Origin: Carcharhinus longimanus
Lineage: Eukaryota
Direction: 5' to 3'
Length of the DNA stretch: 64,000 bases
Assembly: GCA_030264375.1 (NCBI GenBank)
Contig: JASCQW010000061.1
Location: 69,054,258 to 69,118,257 of the forward strand
Shown: positions 51,480 through 64,000 of the stretch, piece after piece
Numbering within the stretch: the first letter of the stretch is position 1
How the letters are laid out: each line of letters opens with the position of its first letter
Translations under genes and position numbers: made by a program
Notes under the pieces: model-generated
The model's input: the letters and a program-made list of their open reading frames with translations, nothing else
What the model was told of the DNA's origin: nothing
The model's database searches: none

Positions 51480-51639
51480 CTAATTGGTACAAAATAGTAG
51501 CAAAATAATTTCCTTTCAAAATTGCATTTTGTAACAACGTCGCCTTGAAAAGAATAAACAAACATTGATTAGCTCCGCAAAAGGACATCTGTAGCAAAGA
51601 CATTCCAATAGCATACAAGATAAAAATGCTGCAACGTAC

Positions 51640-51861
51640 CCATCATTTGTGTCTGGATCATCGATCTCTGACCAGGTTGACTGTTCGGTCTCATAGGAAT
51701 ACCAGGTGTAGGACTGCATATCATACTACCTTGCAATGTTGCCCTGGTCATTGTGTTGGATCCTGTGCTACCTGTGGTGTTGGCAGCAGAGCTTGATTGA
51801 CCCCAGTCTAAAGAAGCCATGCTGGATCGAGGGGCACCACTTCCCATACTACTGACCATTC
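51640..51861 (-). CDS. NCOA2: NCOA2 coding exon ([12 protein letters not shown]...[12 protein letters not shown]...QMM)
   Basis: Matches human 'IPMRPSSQPGQRQ'. Acceptor cctttctag|GA, donor G|gtacgt, 222 bp, phase 1->1. Confidence 0.9.
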
Positions 51862-53629
51862 CTAGAAAGGAAGAATGAAGGTTGGAGAACGATGCAGTAC
51901 TTGGAACGCATTTTTCTTCTTTGAGCAGTACACATGGTTACACATTAACCCAAATAATATGCTTCGCGTACAACTTCTTTTTTCACTTATTTATTTTCAA
52001 ATCTGTAGTTCTTGCCATCCTGCAAACATTTTCAAGGCAAACATAGTTCCTTGTTGTAGGTATAACTGTAAACATTAATCTTGGTAAATTCTTCAAGTAG
52101 TTCAGTCACTAGCAATCTTCAAGAGTCTGCAAGCCATCTCTTCTCTGCATTAAAATATAGTTAAAAAAAACTTGTTGATAAGGAGTGTTGCTTTATGTAG
52201 TAGTGACAGGTGCTGAGGAGTGTGGATAACCCCTAACTTCCTTCCTGAGGAAGTGAATCACTTTTGCTACTGAATACGTCAAGACTTTACTTTCCAAATG
52301 AGTCGAAGCCAAGTTACCAAAATCAAACAGAAAGTGTTAATTTAAGTCTAAAACAAAGCTAGTGAATCTGGGATATGTATATTTATTTATTACAGTTGCA
52401 GGCAAACAAGGACACAAACTAATATCATAGTTATAAAGGGATAAGCATGCACCTTTTGGCCCAGGTTATTAGTACTGCAAAGCACAGGGAAATTTCACAA
52501 AAAAAAACTTTCCGATGTTTGTCTCAAGGTGCAATTCATTACGGGTATACCCTTATCTGGGGAAATCCTTTTCCTTCCATTATGATCAATGAATTACGTA
52601 AATTATTATGCTCCTAACAGACCACTTCCAGTGAATTAATCAAAAATAAACTTTCACGAATAATCACTTTTAAAGCTGGCCACTAACAAAGAAAAGTAGA
52701 TACGATTTGCCCTAACGTCATATTCAAACAGCACAGTGACGATGAAAGCAATGTTTATCGCCAATGTCGATCTTTGATACATATGAACATAAGACATTTG
52801 ATCAAGAGGTTTCAAGCTTAATACAAAGAATGGAAGAAAGTTGAAAGGAAGTAAGAGCCAAATGGTTCAACTCCTGCTCCTATATCTTGTGGTATTACAA
52901 AGTTCCGTTTTATTAAAGATGCTACACTACAGTGCATCCACCACCAATTACAATGTTTCCCCCTAAAATTTATCAAGTAAAATTAACATCCAGGGTCTTA
53001 AGACATACAGTATTTCATTTCAAGGGTTTTTGGAGTAACATCAAAGCTTTGCAAATACCACATTTAGTTTGAGGGAAATATTGCAACTGTTAAAGCAGCT
53101 TTTTTTGGTTAGCAGGAGTTACCTAGGGGCCGGAGGAAAGGCTCATACCACGTCAAAATCATAAATTTCCTAAATTCAGTTAGCTGATAGCCAATGCAAT
53201 TTGTTAAAATTATTTCTTTTGGAGTCAGGAGAATATCATTTACTGCTGTCAGAAATTGCACCAAACACATTATAATCTGACAATATCTTGATGCTCTCCA
53301 CTCTCAAACAAATGCATATTAACTAGTAACTATTTTGCTTTGATACTTAATTATATTCTGCCTGGATAGCAGAAAGGAAGTCTCCCAGAATTCCTCAGTA
53401 AAATACTGTGGAACCTCAGAATTCTGGGACAAGATGAGAAAAGGGAGCTCTGGTTACTCTTGGCTAAGTGGTCACGTTACAAGTTAATTTAAGTTTAAAA
53501 AAAAATTAACTACCTGAAGCTCCAAAATGGCTCAGTGACTTTACCTAGAAAGTACCTAAGCACATATACCTCGAAAGAATCACAAGTGCAATGTGCAGAT
53601 TATATTGAGCTAGCTGATATCTTTCAGCT

Positions 53630-55170
53630 GTGGAAGAGATAGGCACTGATTTGAGAGATTACGACAAGTTCAAGGATTTGCGAGGAAAGGAACGTTGGAG
53701 AGGAGGTGGCAGTTTGCAAGGACAGAGGGGTCAAGGATGGGAGGAAAGCGCACCATAGCATCAGCTATCATGGAGATTGAGGAGGGAGTGGTCAACATTT
53801 TGGGCTGAATAGTGTTGAGGGAGCAGTAGGTGGGTCTCTTGGACAAGATGAGCGTAGACATGGCATGAAGGGAAGTGGGGGGAAGAACAGTTGCAAGTTC
53901 AGGGCTGATACAGAGGGAAATTTAGCAAAGTGGCTAGAGGGAAGAGAGAGAAGCAGCAGAGGCAGCTGAATGGATAGTCTCTGTAGTATAATGGAGTAAA
54001 TTAGATCGGGTCCCACAAAGATTAACTGTGAGAGTCTGTGATGTCATGGAAGGAAGTGACATACAAGAAGAAAAACAGCATGGAAATAAGTTCTTACATT
54101 TGCAAATAAGTTACAATAAATTTAGTGTTTACAGTTAAGTCTTTGGAAGTTATTGAAACTACTCCAACACAACACAATAATATTGTCTCAATCTTACTGA
54201 CAGACAAATCCATGAGTTCTTCATATTAAAATACTTCTTGGAGTTGAAATGCAAGACTTAAGGACTAAAATGAAGGGGAACAGTGAGTTAAATAGGAAGA
54301 AGGGCATAAAACATGGAGGCAAGTATTGAGCAGTTTGTTAACTACACAAATGCAGTGGTAAATGGACGGTTAAAGGCTGGACTGGGGAATTGACAGTGTC
54401 TATGTAAATGACTTGGAGTTTTTTTTCAGAAGCCAAAACAGGAAGAAGTCAAGTTGGAGAGATGAAGAGAGACACAAGCAAAGTAGGGTACAGGGGAGAT
54501 GCCCTTTTCTGTGATTGATATAATGACAATACATTGGGGTTGGCTGTGAATTTAGATTGGGCAGTTTATATGAATGGGGAGATTAAGGAAAGATGGGAGA
54601 GTGATAAAGGCAATCTAGAAGGGGAATGCAATGGAAGGTATAGCCAAGGTGGGAAAGTATCATCATTAGTCAAATTTCTGTCAAGGCTATCATGTCGATG
54701 CAATCAACCATACCAAGCTCACGGATGGCAAGAGCTATGTTCACAAATGGAAGGACATTCTTGAGTGAGATGCAGAGAAGAACAGTGATAGCTGATCCAC
54801 TGGCAAAATTCACAAGGTCTGCTATCACTGGTCCTCTTTGCAGTTAGGAAGGGTGGGTGGGACAGGAGATTAGGAATGGACAGTAAGGTTCCTGTTGGTA
54901 AGAGACCAATGTGAGCATCTTGATTGACATTTACAAAATGGTCCAATGAGGCATGGAAGAAACTATGATAATTCAGGTCAGAGGCAAGCCTAGGGTGGCA
55001 GCCAGGCTTGAGGAATACTGAAGGATTGGGGTAGGGATTTGGAGTGCAGTGGACCCTGCAAGAGAGAAGGGAGGCACAATGGCAAGAAGCAGAGGCTTGG
55101 GGAGTGGTGGAGAAGAAAAGAGGAATCAGACAAGGTTGACTTAGCCAGTGTGGTCAAACATCCTGTTTAA
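53630..55170 (-). mobile_element. L2-like LINE fragment
   Basis: 'PILDPSVLANCHLLSNVPFLA' resembles L2 'LDPS.LANYRPISNLPFLSK'; the plus strand is purine-rich. Confidence 0.6.
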
Positions 55171-55454
55171 GTTTGAACATAAGGAGCTGCTATTAGCTCC
55201 AAATGCTGAAGGACTGATGTGCATACAGAAGCAATTTCAGCAACAGTTCATTCCTTCAATATAGGAAGATAAATAAAAATACCTTGTGCAAATTTCAAGG
55301 AATTTTTCACTAAGCTAAGGATAGCCTTTTTTATGCTAGACTATCCTAACAAACTATTTTTCATCATATAAATGTTTCCTAACTAGTTGCAGGCATATCC
55401 AAAGGGAAAAAAACGCATTCAAGCCAAAACAATTCCAACACAAAGTAAACATAC

Positions 55455-55658
55455 CTGTATTGGCTGCTAAACTTCCTTGACTTGCCATCATCCCTTGATT
55501 ACCCATCACTTGCTGGGACATTACTGGATATGGACCACTATTTCGCATTGGTGGGAATGGTCCTGCACTGGTCTGACCTTGCATGTGTATGTCCAATGCT
55601 GCACTTCGACCCTGTTGTTGTGGCCTGCTTGGCTGTACAGGTCGAGGATTATTGAAAG
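55455..55658 (-). CDS. NCOA2: NCOA2 coding exon (TFNNPRP...[13 protein letters not shown]...GNQGM...ANT)
   Basis: Matches human 'TFNNPRPGQ...GAGPFPPIRNSSPY...GNQGMIGNQG'. Acceptor attatag|CT, donor G|gtatgt, 204 bp, phase 1->1. Confidence 0.93.
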
Positions 55659-58600
55659 CTATAATTAGAGAGTTAAAAGGGAATAAAAATGAATGTACAT
55701 TGTTTAATATTGGCAATATAAACCATGACCAATTTTTCTGGGAACAGTCCTTCAAGTTTAAAAGGAATGAATAATTGTGCTCATGCTACGATAGACACAA
55801 AAGTATTGCTGAATAATTCCAGTTTATTAATGGCCCATAATTTATCATAATAATGGTGAGTACTTATGCACAAACGTGACAACAACTTGAGCTGACAGCA
55901 CACCTAAGGTTAAGCGCAGAATTCGACAAGCTATTGTCTGTTATGCATCATACTCCTGTTAACTTCCTGAAATCTGCATCTCACTGTTTGCCTCACCATT
56001 GAATTGTATCGAAGATACTGCACGGTAGGTAAAAACTAAACAGAAAGTTGGAGTCCTGTCCATTTCAAAAATATTTTGATTTTTTTGTTCCCCAACCTTT
56101 TCTCTGTTTCTCTCTCTCTCAAGACAAATCGTTCTTTTGCTTCATTGCTCTTCCTCTGTCTGATTTGGTATTGAAATCACTGATTCACGACAGACTCAAG
56201 TTACCCAGCCGCAGCAAAGTCAAAATATTTTCATTTCCAGATGGGAAGCAAATTTTTATATCGCACTGAAGAATATTTTACATCCCGTTTCCACATACAT
56301 GTATATCTGGGGCAGCAATGTGTTTTACCAAAAATAATCTTTAGTCGGCAAGAGTCATTTGAAACCATAATGACAGCGTATTGGCAAGAAAGTAGGTGGC
56401 ACCTTCAACTATTTATTTCCATTACTTTACCGCAAAGTGAAGAGTTACTCTGCTGATGAAGCTTTTGCCAATGTCCTCCGTTTACTGACTTCAGTTCTTG
56501 GCATCGCTACTGCTTTCTTTAACTATTCTATCTTTGTGGCCTAGAACCACTCTGCTGTCCTTTAGTAGGGTTGCACTTCTCATCTATTATGGTGTGAAGG
56601 GTATTAAAGTGTACTCCAACATACAAAGAATATAATTTTATCAACAGTAGCAATGTAATTGAATGCCATGGAGAACAGGACTTATTGGAGAAGGTCACTG
56701 TCTTGTACAGATGCTACTTTAAATTTAGCAGCTCAAATTTGCGCAACGTCAAGGTCTTGCTGCATGCAGACAGAGGCTGCTTAGTTGTCTGAGGAATTGG
56801 CAGGTAGCTGAACACCATGCAATCATCTCCAATCAGTGGACCCTGACCTCATGATAAGTCACTATGGTAGCTAAGCTAGTTGAGCCTCGGATGCCTCTCA
56901 GGTTACTGCTACAGCAATCCCTGTGGGCTAGGATAATGGATTTTCAAAACCTCAATCATCCTCCTTTATACTGGGTATGACACCAGCCATGGAGCGTTTA
57001 CACCTTGGTCTCCACTAAGTTTAGAATTATTAGTTGCTGGGTGCCATACCCTGTCAAATAATGCCTCAATATCAAGAGTAGTCAACTTTGGAATTCAGCT
57101 TGCGTCTACGTTTGGACCAAGGATGTGGTGAGGTTGGGAGAAGAGTGATCCAGCTGGAATCCACAGTGAGCATCAATGAGTAGGTCATAGCTGAATACGT
57201 TTTAAAGACTTCTGCCAGCAAGGAAATTATTAGCCAATCTGGACAATATTCAGGTTTGACTGATAAGTAACATTTGCACCACACGTGTTAGGCAATGACA
57301 ATCTTCAACAAGAGAGAACTTAACCGTCTTCTCTTAATATTCAATGGCGTTATCACTGCCAAATCCCCCAGCATCACAAAGCAGTTCGCTTGGTCAAGAA
57401 CCCATCCAGCACCTTAAACGTTCACTCACTTCACCACTGATGCACAGTGGCAACATTGTGTACTATCTACAACAGGTACTGCAGCAACTCTCAATGGTTC
57501 CTTTGACATCACCTTTCAAACCTGCAACTTCTAAGGACAAGGACAGCAGGCACGTGGGGGCATCACTACTTATAAGGTCCCCTCCAAGCCACACACTTGG
57601 AAATAAATTGCCATGCCTTCATTGTCACTGAGTTAAAATCCTGGAACTCTCTTCCTAACAGCACTGTGGGTGTACCTGTACTTGATGGATTACAGTGGTT
57701 TAAAAGGCAGCAGCTCACCATCACCATCTCAAGGTCAATTAAGAATTAGCAACAAATGCTATTGTCCGTATATATATAATATGCATATAGCAATCATTTT
57801 TGAATAAATATTATAGATTTAAACTGTATTTTTATATTTTCTTGAGCTTTGGCTAACAAGCAATTTACCCCTTGGCATAATGGGAAGTAAGTTTAATTTG
57901 ACAGACCATATTCTTTTGAAACAATGAAGCACAGAGCACGCACCCCATTATCAGGGGCAGACCAGGCAGCTACAAGCAACCAAGGTTAATGAAGTGAATG
58001 AAGAATCAGCTTCTACCTACAATGAATAGATGCATTCATCCTCCACTGATAAGGGGACAGAAAACAGACATGATTCCCTTCTCTTTCCCAGGACTGCAGG
58101 TGTTAGGAGCAACCCTAGATCTTGGATTTGCATAGGTGAGGTTATTGGGCGAGGTGGGGAGGAGATACCTCTGGGTTCGTTTGACCAATAAATTCCTAAT
58201 TTCACCAGAAGGCTGAAGTAAATGTATTACTATAACTGGACCGTCCAGCTTGGGTGACAGGTTGTGTGTCAGGTTCAAATCTTCAGAAATGTGTATCTGT
58301 TGTGCTCATGTGATGTATTGTCAGGGAGAAGTGGGAATTCTCTCTATCTCTCTCTTAGTGTGTATTGGTTAAATAAAGAACATTACTGCATACTGTCTTT
58401 CGCAAGTCTGTGTTAGCTGAAACCAACTAAATACAACAACCCCCGGAGGGATGCCCTGTGAAAATCCCCTTACAACAATTTTCCAGATTGTTGGGAAAAT
58501 TGTTGGATGAACTGGAACAGCAGGTTTGGAGGGAGCAGCTAGTTCAGAGCATCGATCTATAACAGTACAGCCACGATATTGCTGGAGTACAGCCTTTATT

Positions 58601-61244
58601 GTGGCAGTCAATATTTTTTCATGCTACATATAATGCATTGAATTGGCTTAAAATTGTCATCTATAATTGCAAATTCCTAATGAGGAGGTGGTGAAGAATT
58701 ACGTTATGGCTGAAGATAACTTCAGTCTCACCTTTTACACTCCTAAAGGGCTCTGTCCAGAACCGAGGATGAGGAAGTTCATGGAGTCTCCTTCACCCAT
58801 CGATTATCTAATTCTCCACCATCATTCACAACTGGATTTGGCATGGTTAAGAACTGTGGCCTGATCAGTTAATTACAGAATTGTTTAGCTGTCTATGTAT
58901 AAAATCAATGCTGCCTTTGCTGTTTATATGTATATATTCTTGTGTTGTAATTTTACCTTGTACACTTGATGTTTTTTCCAACATGCTTGTCTACATATCC
59001 CATTGAACCAGGGTTGAACTTGTTGGTTTGTAGCACCGAGGGATATACTAGGCTGTTGTAATTTGTGTCGTAATGCAATCCTTCTGCTGTTAACTGCCCA
59101 CAGTGCTTCATGGATGTCCAGTTTTGAGTGACAAGATCTCTCCTTGATTTATACTATGTAGTACTGTTATAATGCCACAGGGCACAGTGTAAGTCATCCT
59201 CACTATGAACGCCTATTTGGTCTCCACAACAGTTACAGATAGAGTTACAGATAGATGCATATGTGACATTAGACTGGTAAGGATGAGGTCAAGGAACATA
59301 TTCTTAGTCTGGCAGATACAGATTTCAGGACTTGGCTAGCTTGGTCAGTGGTGATACGGCCAAGCCAGTTTTGCAAATGGATATTGGAAATCCTCCATCC
59401 AAAGTACATTCTGTATTGTCGTTACTCTACGTAGTATCTAATATGAATGAGATGAAGCTTAAGGCAGTTTACTGAAATCCTGTATTATTGCTAGTTTACA
59501 CAGAGCTGCAGTGAACGGACAATGCTGAGTTCTCAAGTCTGCTCTGTACGAAAGGGATATATTTTCCACACCGTTGTACAAACAGGATGTTCACAATCTT
59601 TCTCCAGTGATTTGTCTTCCTGTCTCGTGGTCCTTTCAGAATCATTTGTGTCATGCTGCCTGGATGTCACTGACTGACTTCTCCCAGAAAAAGTGTCCAG
59701 TCTGCATTAACGACCCTTGTCCCACACAGTAGGCAGAATTTTACAAGCCCCTGCTGGCAGATTTACAGCTGGTGTGGGGTTTGTGTAAAGTTTCTTAGCT
59801 GGCCTTTCCACCAGGTTCCCACCCAACCCACCTTTCCACCATTTCACATTGGGACATGAGAGGTTTCGGATGCCTGGCCCACCCACCCTTGCCAATTATC
59901 CACCACTTAAGGGTTCTTTTCTTTTAAGCCTCAATTTTTAGGTTGGTGAAAAGTGCTCAGGGCAGGGGGTTAAATCCAAAAAGTAACTTGGTTCAGTCTT
60001 TAGGCAGAGAGGCGCCTCCTTTTAACATCAGGAGCCCTCTTCCCCAAAAAGGACTGGCTCTTGCAGGTCCTCACTGTCCCCTGATCTCTCCACTAACACC
60101 TCCCACCCACTTCTGCCCAACTCCCTGGACCTCGCTTTTCAGCTTGTCCTGAGAACACCATTCCACCCCCTCCCAACTCATTCTGGTCCTGGATTTCCAG
60201 GACTTGGGCTTTGTGGACTGATTGCAGGTCCAGTCCCGTCCACTGCAATTTCTGGTGCTGCCACCAAATTTGGTGGCAGCTTTCAGAGGCGGGACTTCCT
60301 TTCGAGTGATGGGCAGAAGCCCCACCTCCAGCCAATTAAACCTTGTTGAAGTATTAAACAGCCAACTCTGGATGGCAGGAAGGCAAACCCCACCTTCCTA
60401 AAAACTCCAGCCAGTAATTCCACTCCACTCAAGGGAGCGCCTTCACTTAACGTGACATTGAGTTGTGAATGTTTCTGACTGTCATCAATCTAATTGTGTT
60501 GGGGAGCAGTTGATCCTCTATCTGTTCTATGATGCAGAGCAACTTAATGAGATCTTCAGCTGTTCTCCTTCACTAACCCTGTGAACAGGAAATAGTTAAT
60601 CTATCATTCAAGTTTCCCCATGAATAACAGCAGCCAAACAGAAGTCAACCCAGATGTTGGCCTCGGTACTGCACTGAAGTAAATCCGTCTAAACAATGTG
60701 CTCGATTCTCTAGACTGGAGCTTGAACCCATGACCTTCAAACTCAGAGGCATGGCTATTATCACTGAACTAATACTGACTCAGGTTGTCCGCAGCAGACC
60801 CAAAACAGTATTTTGTTTTTGATTAATGCTGCAGCTTCTCACAGCACCAAAAACCCATTGTCTGATGTAGCATATCGCTCACAATTTTATTAAACAATAA
60901 ATTACAGATGGCTGGCACAGAGGTGTAGATGAAGTACATCTGCAATATTTCTGTGAGCAAGGAATCAAGTAGACAGACACAACAGGTGGGATTCTCCCCC
61001 AAAAATTCTAAGCGTCAAATTTGCATAAAATCTGGAGTAAATCCTGCTAGTTTTAAAATGAATCTACCACACTTTATGCGTGGCAGAGTACACTAGTGTG
61101 AATCTCATTAAAAATTCATGGGCACCCCTCAACATGGCAAACCATTAAAATTCAAATGTGGACTTTGAAAGTTATGACGACAGGTCATCTAGACCCAAAA
61201 CGTTGGCTCTATTCTCTCTCCTCAGATGCTATTTTCAGACCTGA

Positions 61245-61985
61245 AGGAAATCTATATTGATAGCTAAATGGTTTTGGGGAAATTAATGGGATTGAAGGTG
61301 GATAAATCTCCAGGGCCTGATAATCTTCATCCCAGAGTACTTAAAGAAATAGCTCTTAAACTGGTAGATCCATTGTTGGTCATTTTCCAAAATTCTTTGG
61401 ATTCTGGAATGGTTCCTATGGATTGGAAGGTAACTCTTCCTCAAATGACATTGTGCTCCCTGCAAACTAGCCAGTGATGAACACCTTTAGCCATTATAGT
61501 CACACTGTATTAAAGCTGTGGACTGAAACACGAAGATAGTAAAGCTTCTTAAAATAAAATAAACAGGTATCTTTTCCTGGCTATAACCCTACTGCTGTCA
61601 CACTATGTTGCTGCTATCCTGGGTTACCTTTGCTAATTAATGAGGGGCATAGACAAGGTAGATGGTCAATATCTTTTCCCAAAGGTAGAGGAGTCTAAAA
61701 CTAGAGGGTACAGGTTTAAGGTGCAAGGGGGGAGATGCAAAAGTCTCCAGAAGGGCAATTTTTTCCACAGAGGGTGGTGAGTGTCTGGAACACGCTGCCA
61801 GAGGTAGTAGTAGAGGCAAGTACAATTTTATCTCTTAAAATGCATTTAGATAGTTACATGAGTATAATGGGTATAGAGGGATATGGACCAAATGCAGGCA
61901 ATTGGGATTAGTTTAGGGTTTTTAAAAAAAGGCGGCATGGACAAGTTCAGCTGAAGGGCCTGTTTCATGCAATAAACCTCTATGA
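61245..61985 (+). mobile_element. CR1 fragments (RT N-terminal 61245-61432; 3' end 61637-61985)
   Basis: 'VLGKLMGLKVDKSPGPDNLHPRVLKEIA...LVIFQNSLDSGMVPMDWK' plus a CR1 3' end. Confidence 0.8.
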
Positions 61986-62218
61986 CAAACACCTTGTACA
62001 CTCGTAACTGCAAGTCATTCCTTTGCCATCAACCTTTCAAAAATGGCCATTATTCCATTGTTAATGTATAAATTTAATTAAAAATAATTAATCCTGAATC
62101 TTGATATTTTGCAACAAAAGATATAAAATTTGGAATTTGTCACAAAAGTTATTTTTATTTCAACCATGAGTTTTAAAAATGCAATCTGTGTATATAAAAT
62201 TTTATTTCTGTGATGGAG

Positions 62219-62530
62219 TGGCATAGTGGCACAGTTGCCAGCACAGCTGCCTCAGTGCCAGCGAGTTCGATTTCAGCCTCAGGCTGCTTTCTGTGTGGAG
62301 TTTGCACAGTCTCCTCGTGTCTGCATGGGATTCCTCCCAGTGCTCCGGTTTCCTCCCACACTCCAAAGATGTACAGGTTAGGTGGATTAGTCATGTTAAA
62401 TTGCCCCCTAGTGTCAGGGGGATTAGCAGAGTAAATGCATGGGGTTATAGGGATAGGGCCTGGATGGGATTGTGGTTGGTGCAGACTCGATGGGCCGAAT
62501 GGCCTCCTTCTACACTGTAGGATTCTATGA
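62219..62530 (+). mobile_element. Near full-length HE1-like SINE
   Basis: tRNA-like head, body gtgtggagtttgcac...gtgctccggtttcctcccaca, and a CR1-derived tail gggccgaatggcctccttctacactgtaggattctatg. Confidence 0.8.
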
Positions 62531-63571
62531 ATTAGGAAATGAAATTCAAAACAGCTGCAGTGTCTACTTATATCACCAGGTGGCGTTCTTTGCACAAAAC
62601 ACAACTTGCGTTTCTCCATAGTTTACAAAAGGATAATTAAAAATACAGAGCGAAAGTTCTCTCAATAGAAGTGGAATTCATGTTCTGTGTCACCCAATTC
62701 TTTGGCAAACTACAGACTTTTCAAATCGAGTATCCTGTAAATGGACAACGTTCACTATTTCTCAGGCAGGCTGCCAGACGAACTCCTGATTGTTAAAGAT
62801 CACTTCATGGTAAGGAGACGAGAACCAAGCTTTTGTTGCTATAATGGCATAATCCTGGCAGTTGCTGCAGACTACTACACAGCTTAGACCATGACTCTGA
62901 TCGTTTTGTGTGCAAACCAAAATATACTTNNNNNNNNNNGTGTATGGAAATTGGAAAGTATTATTTTTCTTGCAATGCATAAAAATATAAAACATTACAC
63001 ACTTAATTTTGATTTGGTTTATTACTGTCGCATGTATTAATATACAGTGAAAAAGTATTGTTTCTTGTGCGCTATACAAACAAAGCATACCTTCACAATT
63101 TGGTATCTTTATAAGTCAATCTTACATGAATATTAAAAATCACTTCAGGTAAAAATTTACAGCTGGCTAAACAGGATGCAGGAAAATCAGTAAATGAGGA
63201 ATGCTGGGATTTAGAGATACCTCATCACAACCAGATCCATTCTTCACCTCAATTTACTAATAGGTGAAGGATGCACTACAAAGATACATGCAAGCATGCT
63301 TCTAGACTAAAGTAATCCCCATCTTGATTTTGGTTGAAAAATGTAGATTGAAATGGGGCACATTAACAAACACAGCTCCAAGTGATGAAAATGCGCCATC
63401 ACATATCACTCTAGGTATATGTGAAGAGTTTTCCGTTTTACAAGATTCAACTAACCATAGATTGTACGTATTAACTGTACATTTTAAAAGTTCAAATACT
63501 AAAGAAAGGGATAACAACTAAAATAATGCAATGGAGTTTACATTCTAGGAGGTGAAAAATATGAAACTCAC

Positions 63572-63782
63572 TGTTCTGTAGCATCCCGGGCAGCGGGTTT
63601 TGTGTTCCAAGAGGTGGCGCGGAGACACTTTCATTGCCAATTTGGAGAAGGTCTTGGAAGATGGTCTGTTTGTCAACGGGTCCACTGGCAGGCACCGTCT
63701 TCGTGTCTGGGAAAAGCTGTTGTAACTGACTGTTCTGCAGGTCATCAAGAATTTCTTCTAAGTTATCCAAGTCACTGCTGAT
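63572..63782 (-). CDS. NCOA2: NCOA2 coding exon ([27 protein letters not shown]...GMLQN)
   Basis: Translation matches human NCOA2 '[27 protein letters not shown]...VDKQAIINDL'. The acceptor is a tandem gacag|cag (start 63785 or 63782), the donor is A|gtgagt at 63571, phase 0->1. Confidence 0.93.
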
Positions 63783-64000
63783 CTGCTGTCAACAACAAGG
63801 CCAATTACCACCCGTCAATTTTGTGTTCAAGCCCAATCAGTGGATTTGCGCAGAAACTAATCAAGTATCATGGCCTATTTAATTCCTCTTGCCACCCCAG
63901 CCCCCTCCTCTCCAACTTTAGTTCTCTCCTGAGGATATGAACTTTTCCTGGGCCTAGGTGTAACAATCAGGTGATTGTTAAGACAGTGAAGGGCACTTAG

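Noticed and set aside
51480-51639. Short 160-bp intron overlapped by extended ORFs (possible coding retention)
   Set aside because: Its length is not a multiple of 3 and the upstream frame stops at 51569, so retention would truncate the protein.
19038-63782. Assigning the gene to NCOA1 (because of the LLQELLTE tail) or NCOA3 (because of the CID loop and QKYC end)
   Set aside because: Exons such as [40 protein letters not shown] and [15 protein letters not shown] are near-identical to NCOA2 specifically.
1-64000. Prokaryotic-type systems (CRISPR, operons) or bona fide tRNA/rRNA genes
   Set aside because: The window is intron-exon vertebrate DNA. There is no repeat-spacer array, and the tRNA-like boxes are all SINE heads.

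Overview
This is AT-rich, repeat-dense vertebrate genomic DNA, most likely from a shark (HE1-type SINEs, CR1 LINE 3' ends, a Deu-domain SINE, Penelope-like elements), in a draft assembly with N gaps. The only host protein-coding gene I can support is the 3' half of the p160 nuclear receptor coactivator NCOA2 (SRC-2/TIF2/GRIP1) on the minus strand. It has 11 coding exons from ~63.78 kb down to a terminal 'KYC*' at 19248-19259, all with GT-AG sites and consistent phases, followed by a probable ~5.7-kb 3' UTR ending near 13.55 kb. Three observations stand out. (1) Just past the stop lies a degenerate copy of the NCOA1/SRC-1a-type C-terminal extension (VQKIHVFADVQCKVNI*...QAWRICLLQELLTE*) with an LxxLL NR box. 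(2) Other p160 features look ancestral: an NCOA1-like 69-aa exon extension, an NCOA3-length CBP-binding loop, and an apparently absent penultimate exon. (3) Short inverted-repeat Penelope-derived elements with 8-12 bp target-site duplications carry minimal hammerhead-ribozyme cores, one apparently intact. Most ORF-track entries are repeat debris or chance ORFs. All homology calls come from recalled sequences, not database searches, and repeat boundaries are approximate.
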